This document shows positions 34,698 to 48,928 of a stretch of 64,000 bases of DNA, in pieces (the first letter of the stretch is position 1; each line of letters opens with the position of its first letter). The stretch comes from the human T2T-CHM13v2.0 reference genome, Homo sapiens. The notes under the pieces were generated by a model, which saw only the letters and a list, made by a program, of their open reading frames with translations, was not told the DNA's origin and made no database searches. Position numbers and translations under genes: made by a program. The stretch lies in the NCBI RefSeq assembly GCF_009914755.1, contig NC_060932.1; one strand, written 5' to 3'.

Positions 34698-34870
34698 GCA
34701 GGAGTCAACAAATATTTTTTTAAGGTCTGGATTGTAAATATTTTAGGTTTTGCAGGCCTTATGTTTTCCCGACTTCTCAATAGATGGAGAGATATGTAAG
34801 TAAATGAGCATGTTCCAATAAAGCCTTATTCACAATAGCAGGCAGTGGACCAGATTTGGCCCACCACTGA
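34698..34870. mobile_element. MER58A (hAT-Charlie)
   Basis: gtaaatattttagg.tttgcaggcc...gttccaataaa..cttatt..caa.agcaggcagtgg.ccagatttggccc. Confidence 0.82.
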
Positions 34871-37734
34871 GCTGTGGAACATAAAGCCCTTATTTATTCT
34901 CTAGAAGGAATACATGTCAATTCTGCCTTTAGCCCATTGGCCAAAACTAGTCACAAGACCATATCTAACTGCAGGGGTGGCGGGGAGTATAATCCTGCTC
35001 TATTCCCAGAAGGAGAGAAGAGCTAGACATGTGTGGACACTAGAAGTCAATACAGCAGAAGCCACATTGAGAAGATGTATGTTCAGATCATCAGCTTTAT
35101 CTTTATTGAGTACCCGGCACTGGTTGTAAGTACTGAAGAAAACACACACAAAACCATTGCCCTCATGGAACTTACACAGAGTCCATGATGGTGAATACAC
35201 TGAGAGGGAGACGCATTTTATACACCTGTGGTCTGGAATTGTTAGTTGTCATCTCATTGTTTGTGTACTTGGCTTTTTCGCCAACTAGGCTGTGAGCAGT
35301 GCGAGGGTAGGATTGCATCTTCTCTGTGCCTGATGCAGTGACTAATTCTTTGTAGGCACTCTTTAAGTGTTTGTCAAGTAATTGATTGTTCAAACCATTA
35401 GACCAAGATAAGGATTTACTTTGGACTTGTGGGGAACCTGGATATAGATGCCTAATTCCTGTATCACTCAGGTACCTAACTATCTAACCCCTAGAGCTGC
35501 CATCATGCAAAAGGCTACAAGGTGTGAGTTGTTTCTCTAAATGTGAAAAGACAAGGATAGACTAAAGTCTGTGTTTCTTCCATTCATAGCAGTGAGTGAA
35601 AGGGACAACAAGCAAAAATTTCCCTCCAGAGTCTAGGTTTTTTGCCAGAAGAAGTACCGTGAAAGTTCAGATTAATTTGCTTGCCTTCAGAAGGCCCTTG
35701 GGGCATTTAACAGAAACCATCACCTTACCTTAGGTTTATTATCTTAGAAAGTGTAAGTATCCTCATTTCATAATGCCTGAAAATCACTTAGAGAAGAGAA
35801 CAGTAAATATTTCTCTATTCGCATCCCCTCCCTCTCTCCTCTAAGGGGTCCTGAAGTTATGGACGGTGACTTAGGAAAAGGAATATGAGATGGGAGCATG
35901 GGACTTAAAAAGGTTTCTACTGAATGGATAATTTCATATCTTTCAACCTAGTAAAGAAAAGCAATTGATTTACCTTATGTATCATACAAAGGGATGGTGT
36001 TTATAGATAGGAATATTTCTTAAAGAATATCTCTTTTGTTTTAGATTCATGAGCTGAGCCATTTTTAAGCCATTAATTATGTTTATTCTCAAATTTTATT
36101 GTAAGTTTAATTTTTACCTTGGAACAAATAGGGCAAATTCAGAATACAAGTCTTTTGAAAAAGATATTTTTGCAAAACAGTCCATTTGGGAAACGTGTTC
36201 ATAGAGAATACAGATACAACAAATGGACTCCATTTCTGCTGTCAAGAGATTTACAATCTAATAATTGGGTCAGACACATAAGTAACTGTAGTACAGACAA
36301 TAATATTTTTGATCAAATAGAAATATGGTTAAAATTGTTTTAGAATGTAGAAGTAGGTGTCAGTCCAGAAGGGAACAGAAAAATTAAGGAATGGCTCTAT
36401 GGAGTAAGCTATCCTTTAAGCTGTATGCACCAGGACATACAGGCTTTTGAAAGGACTTATATGGAGAAAAGTATATTCTAGGCGTGGTGAGTAGTGAGTG
36501 GCAGGCAAGGGCCTCAGCTGAAGCAGAGGCTGTAAAATGAAAAAGAAGGCAGCAGTGGAAGAACCAGGAAGAGCTGGAGGGGCTGGGCTGCAGCAAGGAG
36601 CAGAGGGAGAAGGCAGAGATGACATCCAGGTAACCTGCATGCTGAAGATGGTCAGAAATTCTGAATTTCTGAAGTCCATGAGAAAGCCATTGCATGAGAA
36701 AGAAGACCAGTGACCTTGAAGTTGCTTCCAAATAACTCTCTGGCTTTCTCCTGTGGTTCTGTGTACACTCTGGTGCTTCTTCATGTGATCAAAATTAGAA
36801 TATATTCATTGTTGGTCAAGCAAGAGGCCACCTTTGTTCCGTCATCCAGGAATTTTCAGTATGTCTGATTTTATTTGCTGCCCTAATAATAACATAGGGC
36901 CCAGACTTGGACTGAATTGATACTGCAAATCATCAGAACCAGCCTTCCCAAGCATAAGGAGGTTTTTGCCCCTACCCTCAGGTAATCCTGGCTGTGAACA
37001 TGATGTTCTTGGAGTTGTTTTTTAAATAGCCCTGTTCTGTTTTCAAATATTTACCCATTTAAGCAACTCACTATTTAATACTGAAAGGGTGTTTGTTCCA
37101 CTGTCTGGCACCTGGATCCTGAGGTAGAGCTTTTTTCTAGGTCTTAGTCCATATTCTCATGGTAGAAAAATTAATTTTTTACTCCGAGCAAATTAACTTA
37201 TATCTAACATTCTTGTTACGAGTTACATGAAAGACCCTAGAGGGGTTGTGATATGCTCCTAGGTGGGTTTTGAGGTATGTTTTTGTGTCCCTAGCCCAGA
37301 AGGACACCCCTATAGAAGTAAGTCAACACCCAAGAGCCTGAAAGTTGTTTGCACATTGCACTTCAAGTCCCAAGTTTTAGTTTTTTTCCCACAAAGATCC
37401 ATATGCACACATATAGTGGGCCCCATGTCTGAACTCCAGCCCACACAGAGTTACTTGCCAGTTCCAAAGAAGCAGAGAATGAAGATACTCATGCCCCATC
37501 ATCCATCATTTTTTTCTATGAACCTTACAGCTGAATATTGAAAAATCTGGTTTTGATCTTTTGGGTATTTTTTTTCATTTCAAGTCAACTGAATAGCCCG
37601 TACACATGGATATAAAGAAATATAACCAGGAATTGTTTGTGGTATTGAATCAGAACTGGAGACATTTGAAGTCAAGCCACTTCAATAGTGTTTCTTATTT
37701 CTTTTTAATCAGATTTTGAATATTCTTTCTGCAG

Positions 37735-37853
37735 GTTGTGTTCCTGACTGGCTTTGGCTATGTGTATGTGGATGTTGTACATCAGTGTGGCACAGTCTTC
37801 ATCACTGTGGCCCCAGAAGGAAAAGCAGGACCTATTTTAACCAATACCAACAG
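37735..37853 (+). CDS. VPS13B: VPS13B coding exon (~55), 119 nt, phase 0-2: VVFLTGFGYVYVDVVHQCGTVFITVAPEGKAGPILTNTN(R)
   Basis: tttctgcag|GTT acceptor; CAG|gtaggt donor; bridges the phases of the flanking exons; not in the ORF track. Confidence 0.9.
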
Positions 37854-38279
37854 GTAGGTTTAATTATTTTCCCAGTGACAACATAGTAAGTGTTACTGTT
37901 ACAAAGTTGTAAACTTAGTATTTATCTTTGTCATCTCCACATAATGTATTAAAGCTTTTGGTTAATTATCATGTAATCCATAAAAAATATGGTTATTAGC
38001 ACTAAATCATCCCTTCAATAGGTAGCAATAAACCGTCTTTCCTAGATACCACTTGCACTCCTTCTGTGGTAGGGTTAACAAACTGATTTACAAACTATGC
38101 ATCTTGGAATCATACCACTATTATTAGCATGAAATGCACATTAATACCTCTGTGTCTGCATGACAGTGTAGTAATTAATAATAAAACTTAGCAATTAGAG
38201 CTACATCAAATATAAATACGCCTCTTAGAGCCATATTTTCCACCCCCCACTTTGACCTGAATGTTGCCATCAGGTTTTA

Positions 38280-39540
38280 AAAACATGAAATAGACAAAGA
38301 GTTAATATCCTTAATTTAAAAGAATTCACATAATTCAATAGGAATAATATAAAGATGGCCTTACAGAAACAAAAATAGGGGCAATAGGCATGAACAGAAA
38401 ATTCTAAGAAGAGGAAATATAAGTAATCAAAGAAATGCTAATTTATCAAATTAACAATGATGTTGTATCATATACAGTCCTGGTGAAAGTATAAATTGGT
38501 ACTATTTCCAATTTATAAGCACTTTGGTAATACATATTAAGAGCTTTAAAATCCTTTTGGCTTAGAAATTCCACTTTTAAGTGTGTTAGGAGTTTCAGAG
38601 TTAAGGAAATGGAGAAGTGGGCAAAGATATACACAGAGAGATGTACACAGTGAGAGATATCACACAGTTAATTACAATGGCAAAATATTCAAAGTAAAAA
38701 TGCCCATCCATAGGGAAATAGATGATACATAATTGTACTATAAATGTTACAACTGCAAAAAGTAGATCTCAAAGAATTTTAATGGAATAGAAAATGCATA
38801 TTATAATCTAAAATAAAACAAGTAGAATATAATATTGAATATATATGATCCTAGTTATGTGTTATCTGTACATACATACATAAGTACGCATGTATGTACT
38901 TATACATACCTACATAAGTACGCATGTATGTACTTATACATACCTACATAAGTACGCATGTATGTACTTATACATACCTACATAAGTACGCATGTATGTA
39001 CTTATACATACCTACATAAGTACGCATGTATGTACTTATACATACCTACATAAGTACGCATGTATGTACTTATACATACCTACATAAGTACGCATGTATG
39101 TACTTATACATACCTACATAAGTACGCATGTATGTACTTATACATACCTACATAAGTACGCATGTATGTACTTATACATACATACATAAGTACGCATGTA
39201 TGTACTTATACATACATACATAAGTACGCATGTATGTACTTATACATACATAAGTACGCATGTATGTACTTATACATACATAAGTACGCATGTATGTACT
39301 TATACATACATACATAAGTACGCATGTATGTACTTATACATACATACATAAGTACGCATGTATGTACTTATACATACACAGAAAACATTCCTAGAAATAA
39401 GACTGAAAAGAAAAAAACTCAAAATTGGTAACAGATGTGGGGTTAATGAGTTATTTAATATGTAATTATTATTTGATTTCTGTATTTTGATTATTTATAA
39501 TAGCATTTATTTTATGATCAGAAAAAATAACTTAATATTA
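38280..39540 (+). mobile_element. Ancient L1M (L1ME-like) 3' fragment hosting the VNTR
   Basis: ggcatgaacaga.aattc...aaaatgcccatc.atagggaa... before the array; gaaaa...aaaattggtaacag after it. Confidence 0.6.
38869..39377. repeat. Minisatellite/VNTR, 15 copies of a 34-bp unit (two units 30 bp): TAAGTACGCATGTATGTACTTATACATAC(C/A)TACA
   Basis: TAAGTACGCATG starts at 38881, 38915, 38949, 38983, 39017, 39051, 39085, 39119, 39153, 39187, 39221, 39251, 39281, 39315, 39349. Confidence 0.97.
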
Positions 39541-39602
39541 AAATATAAATACCACCAACTTTCATACGTTTGTTTAAATCTTTCTTTTAAAAAGCTCATT
39601 GC

Positions 39603-39920
<318 letters not shown>

Positions 39921-40196
39921 TTATTGCTTCTCATATATGGTTAAGAACTCATTAATTTGGACTCTGCTAATTTGAATTTATAATATTTCAAACAATGTTG
40001 GATAGAATGTTTTCTTTGCCCAAAAGTGTTCATAAAAAATTAATAGCATAACAAAATTGAAGACGAACTTTTAACTAGTATAGCACAAAATTTCGGGTTT
40101 ATTCAACAATTTCAGAAACATTTTATCTAGGGCATAAATGTTAATAACAATAGAAGCAAACTTTCATGAGAAAGGTACAAGTATTTCTTGGAATTT

Positions 40197-42040
40197 CATT
40201 CATTCATTCAACAAATGTTTTTCAAGGGCTTATTGGATGCCTAGCATGGGATGAGGATACATCCATAAATAAAAAGGCCCAATCCCTTCCCTAGAGAAGA
40301 TGACTTTCTCCTCATAGGCATGGAATTGGGCAAGGTGATGGGGGGTGTAGAGAGTAAACCTAAAAAGAAAGGAAATGTTATGGTGCAGTAGAAGGTCAGC
40401 ATTCTACAGGGATGAAAACAGAGCTCAGTAAGAGGGGCTGGAAGTGCCAGGGCCAAGGGACTGGGAAAGTGTAGTTTTAAACAAATTGGTGTAGGTAAGC
40501 TGCACTGAGAAGTTGATGTTTGGGCGGAGACTGGAAAGCAGTAGGGGGTTAGTAATGTGACTATCTGAAGGAAGAACTTCCCAGGCAGAGGGCACAGCCA
40601 GTTCAAAGGCCTGCAACAACATGCCTGGCATCAAGGAGGAGCAGGGAAGAGGCTGTTGTGGGCCCAGTGGAGGGGGTGGAAGTGGAAGTAGCAGTGCATG
40701 AGGTCCAGGAGGTAAGAGCTAGAAGGAGGGAGACCTCATGGGCCATTGAAGGGCTTAGCTTTAATTCTAAGTGAAATGAGGAACTCATTGGATCATTTTT
40801 GAACATAGAAGTGACACCCTGTGACTTAAATTTCTAGAAGATCATTGGCCGCTTTGTTGAAGTAGACTGTAGAGAAACAAGGGCACAAGCAAGCAGGGAG
40901 ACTAGTTAGGAGAGGATTACAGTTGCTCACATTAGAGACACTGATGGCTTAGACTACAGTGGTGTCAGTGGAAGTGGCAGAAAGAGTCAGATTCTGGATA
41001 TGCTTCTAAGGAAAAGTCAATGGGATTTTCCTAATACATTGAGTAATGGCTAAAAATAGAGGCATCAAGGATGACACCGAAATTTTTGGTCTGAGCAACT
41101 GGTAGGATATGGCTGCCATTAACTAAGATGAGAGAGACTATCTGCAGATTTAGGAGGAAAGATCAAGAGATTGGTTATAGACATGATAAGCTGAGATGTC
41201 ATTTAGACATCTAAGTGACTGTGTGGATAGGTAGTTTGATACACAAGATTGGAGTTCAGTAGGGAGCTCCAGGATAAGTATATACTTTGGAAGCCATCAA
41301 CATATAGATGGTATTTCAGGTCATAAGACTGGATGAGATCCCCAAGGAAGTCAGTGAAGATGGGGGTGAGAAGAGGACCAAGGGCTGAGCCCTAGGCACT
41401 TTAAGAGGTCAGGGAGAGGAAGAGGGATCTGCATAAATAACTGAGGTCAGAGAAGTAGAAGAGCTGAGAGAAGACAGGAAAGAAAAGTATTTCCAGGAGG
41501 AGGGAGTTGTCAGCAATGTCATATGTTGTTAGTATGTCGAATAAGCAAAAAACTGAAAGTCCATCATTTGATGTAGCCAAATGGAAGTCACTGATGACGA
41601 GTTGTTTTATTAGGCTGGGGATGGAGGCACAAAAGGCTGCTTAGAGCAAGCCTTAAAGAGCAGGGAAGGAGAGGAGTTGGAGACAGTGTGTATAGAACAC
41701 ACTTTAGAGTTTCTGTGTAGAGAGGATCAGAAAAATGAGTGGTAGCTAAGGGAGAGAGTGGAGTCATGAGGGATTTTTTGAGCTGAGAGATGACAGCATG
41801 TTTACAAGCTGCTAGTAATGAAGAAAAAGATGATGGAGGAAAGGGGTGTGAGTTGCTGGAGGGATGTCTTTGAGTAGGTGAGAGCAGAGTGACTTGGTGC
41901 ACTTTGGAGAGGGGTTCACCTGAGACAGAAGCAAGGGTGGTTCCGCCCCAGAAATGGAGATGGAGAAGAGCCAAGCATGGACTCAGGCACGGTTGATGGG
42001 CAGTTGTGGCAGGAATTCCTGCTAAGTTTTCTTCTGCTCA
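40197..42040 (-). mobile_element. Long L2 LINE fragment (~1.8 kb)
   Basis: cattcattcattcaacaaat tail, then purine-rich antisense L2 (catcaaggatgac...tttttgg.ctgagcaactgg; gggctgagccct.ggcact). Confidence 0.85.
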
Positions 42041-42409
42041 CATCACTTTTTCAATTTAGGGAGTCTCAGTTACTTTATTATCTCTTTCTGTCTTGTGATC
42101 ATCATGATAGAGAATTAGTACACAAAGACTAGAGGGATTTTGGGGTAAAAATCTGGTGTTGATAAGGGAAACATAAGGAAACATGACAAGAGCTTGTAAT
42201 AGTCCCATTGGGAACATTTCCCAATACTGTTGGAGTGTGACTGACTCCGTCCAGACACAATGTACTGAAAGTTGAGTTCTTATTTGTTTCTTATGAGAAT
42301 CTGATGTCCCATCAGGAGGTATTTAATAGGGTACTGTCAATAAAAAAGAAAGAAGAGAGAAAGAAAAGGTGAGTGGGGGGACTAATGTTCTTGTCCCTTT
42401 CTCCTCTAG

Positions 42410-43215
42410 AGCGCCAGAGAAGATTGTTACATTTAAAATGTTCATCACTCAGTTAAGCCTGGCAGTGTTTGATGACCTCACCCACCACAAAGCATCAGCT
42501 GAGCTTCTGAGACTCACACTGGACAACATTTTTCTCTGTGTGGCCCCGGGAGCTGGTCCCCTCCCTGGGGAAGAGCCTGTGGCTGCGTTGTTTGAACTTT
42601 ACTGTGTGGAGATCTGCTGTGGGGACCTGCAGCTAGACAACCAGCTTTATAACAAGTCCAATTTCCACTTTGCTGTCTTAGTCTGCCAGGGAGAAAAAGC
42701 AGAACCCATTCAGTGTTCCAAAATGCAGAGTCTCCTCATATCCAACAAAGAGTTGGAAGAATACAAGGAAAAATGTTTTATCAAACTTTGCATCACCTTA
42801 AATGAAGGCAAGAGCATCCTCTGTGATATTAATGAGTTCAGCTTTGAATTAAAACCTGCTCGGTTATACGTGGAAGACACATTTGTATACTACATCAAGA
42901 CTTTGTTTGACACCTACCTTCCTAACAGCAGGTTGGCTGGTCACTCCACACACCTCTCCGGGGGTAAACAGGTGTTGCCCATGCAGGTCACACAGCACGC
43001 CAGGGCCTTGGTGAATCCTGTGAAGTTACGGAAACTGGTGATCCAGCCAGTAAATTTGCTCGTCAGCATCCACGCTTCCCTCAAGCTGTACATAGCCTCA
43101 GACCACACTCCTCTCTCCTTCTCGGTGTTTGAAAGAGGACCCATCTTCACCACTGCGAGGCAGCTTGTGCACGCCCTGGCAATGCACTATGCCGCTGGGG
43201 CCCTTTTTAGAGCAG
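42410..43215 (+). CDS. VPS13B: VPS13B large coding exon (~56), 806 nt, phase 2-1: APEKIVTFKMFITQLSLAVFDD...HYAAGALFRA
   Basis: Branch-like ACTAAT at 42381, pyrimidine tract, ctctag|A acceptor; CAG|gtaaga donor; longest ORF in the window (42369..43232). Confidence 0.96.
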
Positions 43216-43339
43216 GTAAGAACACAAGCTGAGGGTCTGTGATGAGCTAGAGCCCGGGTAGAAATGACACGCTTGGGGGTAGCACCTCATTTCAAGACCT
43301 AAAGAAGCAATTGGCAAGAGGTGACACACCTGAGCTCTA

Positions 43340-43540
43340 CAGTTACACAGAACTGGATCTAAATCTAGAGCCTGCCACTGTTAGCTGTAAGACTTTGGGC
43401 AAGTTATTGAACCTTCCTGAGTCTCCATTTCCTCATCGATAAAATGGCTTTGAAGATTTCTGAGAGGATCAGATGAAAGTACGTGAGGTACCCAGCATTT
43501 TGCTTGCCACTCAATAAACATTCAAGCAGTAGTAGCTGTT
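43340..43540 (+). mobile_element. MIR SINE
   Basis: ctttgggcaagttattgaacctt.ctgagtctccatttcctcatc. Confidence 0.78.
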
Positions 43541-44055
43541 CTGTAACTTAGAATTTTAGTTCAGTTTAGCACACACTTTTTTTTAGCAACTTGCAGGCAC
43601 AGAGCCCTTTCTTAGCACACTAGAGCAACTAGGAAAACTAGCCCAGGTCTTCAGTCCCTCGGCCTAAAAGGAGTCCAGTTCTCGTTTATTTTCTTCATTG
43701 CTATTTATGAATAGCGGTAGGTGAGAAATTCAGAGGATTTGTGTGCTTGTAAGATGCACATTGAGCCCTCTATCTACCCAGTGCTGCACTGCCTGTCTAT
43801 ATAGCTGGCAAAGGGAAGGCTGTGAGTGTGTCAGCCTCTCCACAGACCTGAGCTCAAAGAGAAGGAATGGCCCATCCACTCTCTGGGGCCAGGCAGGTGG
43901 CCTCTTGCAGGCTGAGGGCTGCTGTTTCTCAGGGACTCAGTGGGAAAAGTAAGGATTCCCTTTTCAGTCTGGCTGGAAAAGTCTGCAGGGGGTGGTTTGA
44001 ACATGCATACAAAATTTTATAGAGGGACTACTGTGTACTAGCAACTGGTGGGTAG

Positions 44056-44375
<320 letters not shown>

Positions 44376-45444
44376 TCAGGGTACGTTATGGTAATCGGCA
44401 TCACAGTGTGTGTTCTTGAGCCAGGTTCACTCTAAAGCAGTTTTAATTTGATAATTGGGTTCCCAGAAATTCAAGCAAAGAACAGCATCCAGAGTTAGCC
44501 TTGTCAGCCCTTTCCAATAAAGAACATGGAAATCTTACTTTCTGAAAGTAACAGAGGAGAGAGCCTTTGTTCTATCCTCTTTGTAAAGTTGTACTTTGTG
44601 AATGCGTTCCCATGTAAGATTAAGATTGCAGCAGTAAACGACCTGTGTTATTGCCATATTGGTCAGATTACATTTTCTCCATAATGAAATTCATAGACTT
44701 ACTAGGGTTATCTAGACTCTTTTATAAAAGATAACAACAAGATCAGGGAGAGGGTCCTGCCAGACCTGTTGTCTTGATAGCTTGCACAACAATGAAGAAA
44801 ACATTTCCCTATTGCTAAAAACTCATTTAAAAATAAGCAGTCCACATTTCAAGTTTAATAGATGGGTGTATTTATAAACAGTTCCAGAAACTTTCCCTTC
44901 AGGCAGCCTTTGCTTTTTCACATAAGAAGCAGGCACGTAGGTTACTGAGCTCCAATCTGAGGCCTGGCAAGGACGAAGGCTCCCATTCAGTCTCTGCACG
45001 ACGCAGCAGTGCAGTAAGCAGCAGGGAAACTCTACCTGTGGCACCAAGTAACGGGCCCTGCAGCCCGTGTGCTAAAAACGAGCTCTCTTTGTTTTGGTTT
45101 ATATTTTTAATGAGCTTTCACAAGAACATTCTATTTGAATTTTATAGAATTCACCCAAAAATCCTCTAAGCTGCCGTTCCAATCTCACTGTATACCAAGA
45201 TAAGGGATTCTAATATAGAGGGCCAAGTTTTCAGAGCCTGTTGGAAACTCTGTCACTAAAAATCTATGGACAATCTGAAGACCATCTGAAAGAAAGCAGT
45301 GATTGAAGGAGTAGGAAATGGGAAGATGCTGGAGGCTCCAGACTCCCAGGTTAGCATCCTTGTCGAGGGAAGGGAGAGAGCTGGCTGCAGGTGGGCAAGT
45401 TGCCCACCCACATCTCACTTGAGTCAGAGTGCCCCTGCCTGTCA

Positions 45445-45903
<459 letters not shown>

Positions 45904-47435
45904 CTATCTGAAGGAAAGCATGTGGTCTTTATCCTGAGGCCCCTCTCTAACCCAAAGTCTCAGTTTGTTGGGAGCCAGGCAGACTCCCTTCTTCAACCAA
46001 TTTCCAAACGACTGAGCAAAAGATAGATTTGCTTTTGAAGGGCAATAAAGGAGTACCCTTGGATCTGTCTGCCCTTTTCTGACCAGCTAAGATGTCACTG
46101 AGATGTAGCTCTGGCCTACACATAGCCCTTCTATCAGGCAGTGGCTTCAGGATTCAAGGGTTCCAACCCCACGACAGGGGAGGACCTGCCACTGGCAGGA
46201 GCAAGAGGCCGAGGCGGATTCCCACTCCCTCTCTACGCCCACGGCACCGACCTGAACAGGCCTGTCGTGGGGGACACTGCTTGGCCATAGCTGCTACTCC
46301 TTTCTTTTATACATGGACTCCGTGGAGAGATGGGGAATTAAGATGTTTCTAGACCAACCTTCTGCCGTTAGGTACACCCTTACAGCCATTCAGGGCTAAA
46401 GGGAATCTGCTGTTTCTTTACCTCCAGAGAAGGCCCTCCATGGAGGAATATTCCACAGCCTCCCCAGCTCCCTCGCCTACTCTTTGCAGCCTGAGCTCAC
46501 AGAAGAAAGAGGTGGGTGAGCTTCAGAATTAGGAAAACCTGGGTTGGAAACCCAGCCCACAGGTGGATCATCCAGGGGACTGTGAGCAGTTGGCTTAGTC
46601 TCCAAGCCTCAGTCTCCTCCTTTTCCTGCCTGTGAGGCCGTGGAAGCAGTACCACCATGTTGCATTCACCTCTGCCTCCTGTGCCTGGTCCATTCCCTGA
46701 CCCAGACAGCAGCTCAGTCACCAGTTAGCCTGCACTGATTTGAAGGGAGAGAATACTTTTCTTGCAGTTACCGTGAGAATTAAATGTGTTGAATGCCTGG
46801 CATCCATAGGGCCTCTCATTTGTAATCTTTATCTTCCAGAAATTATTCCCTCCTTTGCCCTAAACCCTAGTGTTATCATCCTAACGTTCCAGAGAAGGGA
46901 GGAGGGCTCAAAATTTAAGAGCGTCCCTCTCTTCGTGGGCTGGGCATGGGATTCTTCGGGACCTTGGCGTGGCTGTTGTACCCTCACCTTCCTGATCCCC
47001 TCAGATCGCTGAGCTGAGGATCTCTGTCACAGGACTGTCCTCCTCTTCAGAGCCTGCTGGTGAAGGAGGGATGGCTCCCACCCAGTCCTGTCCCCACAGC
47101 CTTCCCATTACCAGGCTCTGAGCACCAGGCTGGGGAGGTCAGTGGCTTCCCGGAGAAAGCTGTCTTTTCAGACTCCTCCTCTCCTGGGCCCTCACTTGCC
47201 CCTCCAATTCTTGGGGCCTACAGCCCCAAATCCCCACCCCAGAGAGCCAGGGTAAGGGCAGTGCCTGCCAGACTCCACGCACAGCCGCGTTCCCATGGGG
47301 CAGCAGCGGCTGAGTGGCAGGCCAGCTTCTGGCCAGCCCAAGCTTCAGGAGGAAACCAGATCCAAAGCTGCCCTCCTGGGACATGCACAAGGGAACACTC
47401 CCCTCTCACTAACCTCATCAGAATGTCCCTGTCAC

Positions 47436-47673
<238 letters not shown>

Positions 47674-48262
47674 TTACATAACCGGAGCAGGGGTTGAAGG
47701 GTCCAAGACATTTGTCTGGGTCTAGCTCTGCTCCAAAGGGAAGCACTCAACTCAGTAGGATTGGGAAAGATTAAAAACAACCCCTCCATTCTTGTCAGAA
47801 GTTTGCATCCCCTTTGCGACATGCCATTGAGCATCTGGCCGCCCCTGGCCAGGCATCTCCTCCTATCCTGGTGCCTCCGCTGTCCCGGGGAGGCTTTAGA
47901 GAGAACCTCCCACCTGCAAACACCTGCAACCCAAGAAGGCGCCCTTCCTCAGGTGGTAGCAGAGTGCATCCCCGCCACATGGACCCCCGTTAGCAGGAAT
48001 ATGGGAGGCTTGGGCAAGGCAGTCATATTAAAGCCATTTGTGGGGCCGTCAGAGGATCACTTTGATTTATAAAGTATGAAAGTTTGCCATTTATGAATTC
48101 ACAGAGAATGACTTATTTCCCTTATTTTCTTCCAAAGAAACAGATTACTTTCCCAATTCTAGTGTGAAAAATGAATTGCAGGGAAAATGGGTCACTTTTT
48201 CACAAATGTTGAAAGTTCTGCATTTGAGGTTTCAATCACCCCTTCCCTCTTGTGCGTTGCAG

Positions 48263-48439
48263 GCTGGGTAGTTGGGTCTCTGGATATTCTTGGCAGCCCT
48301 GCAAGCCTGGTGAGAAGCATCGGGAACGGGGTCGCCGACTTCTTCAGGCTTCCGTATGAGGGGCTGACCCGGGGCCCTGGAGCCTTCGTGAGTGGCGTCT
48401 CCAGAGGGACCACATCGTTTGTAAAGCACATCTCCAAAG
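48263..48439 (+). CDS. VPS13B: VPS13B coding exon (~57), 177 nt, phase 1-1: (G)WVVGSLDILGSPASLVRS...SFVKHISK
   Basis: gttgcag|GC acceptor; AAG|gtagcg donor. Confidence 0.94.
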
Positions 48440-48909
48440 GTAGCGGGTTCCGTTCCTTGTAATAATGCCTTCACTCCTTCCCTTTTTTTTTTTTTTTAAA
48501 GAATGTGCTAAAGTTTTAAATGCATTCAGATTGCCTCTAGCTTTGTTTGGCCTTTTAGCTTGCAGTGAGAGTTTGGGTTTGTAACAAAGCTCATATATAA
48601 TGTCTTATGTTTTGAACAGATCACTACTTGCCTCTGGTGTGTGAAAATGTTTCAGAAACTTCAGAATTTTAAGCCTCCCATTGGGAAAACAAGGATTGGC
48701 TCAAATGTTATTTCATGTGATAAACACAGAAATATTAAAGGTGTTCAGGATTTCTGCTAAACATCAGAAACCCTACACTGTGTTGCCTCATCATATTTTT
48801 TTAAATGTAGATACAGTTGTCATAACTTTCTTAAGGATATGGATACATTCTGACATGGAAGCGGATTTGGGGGTGAAACAGCCAACTTTTCTCTAGCACG
48901 CCACGTAAA

Positions 48910-48928
48910 CAGTGCCATCTTGTGGCCC
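48910..48928 (-). promoter_or_regulatory. Candidate CTCF site GGGCCACAAGATGGCACTG
   Basis: Close match to the CTCF core TGGCCACCAGGGGGCGCTA, in unique sequence; motif only. Confidence 0.55.

Noticed and set aside
38869-39377. CRISPR-like array of ~30-bp palindromic repeats
   Set aside because: No unique spacers (linkers are near-identical TACA repeats), no cas genes, mammalian intron; it is a minisatellite
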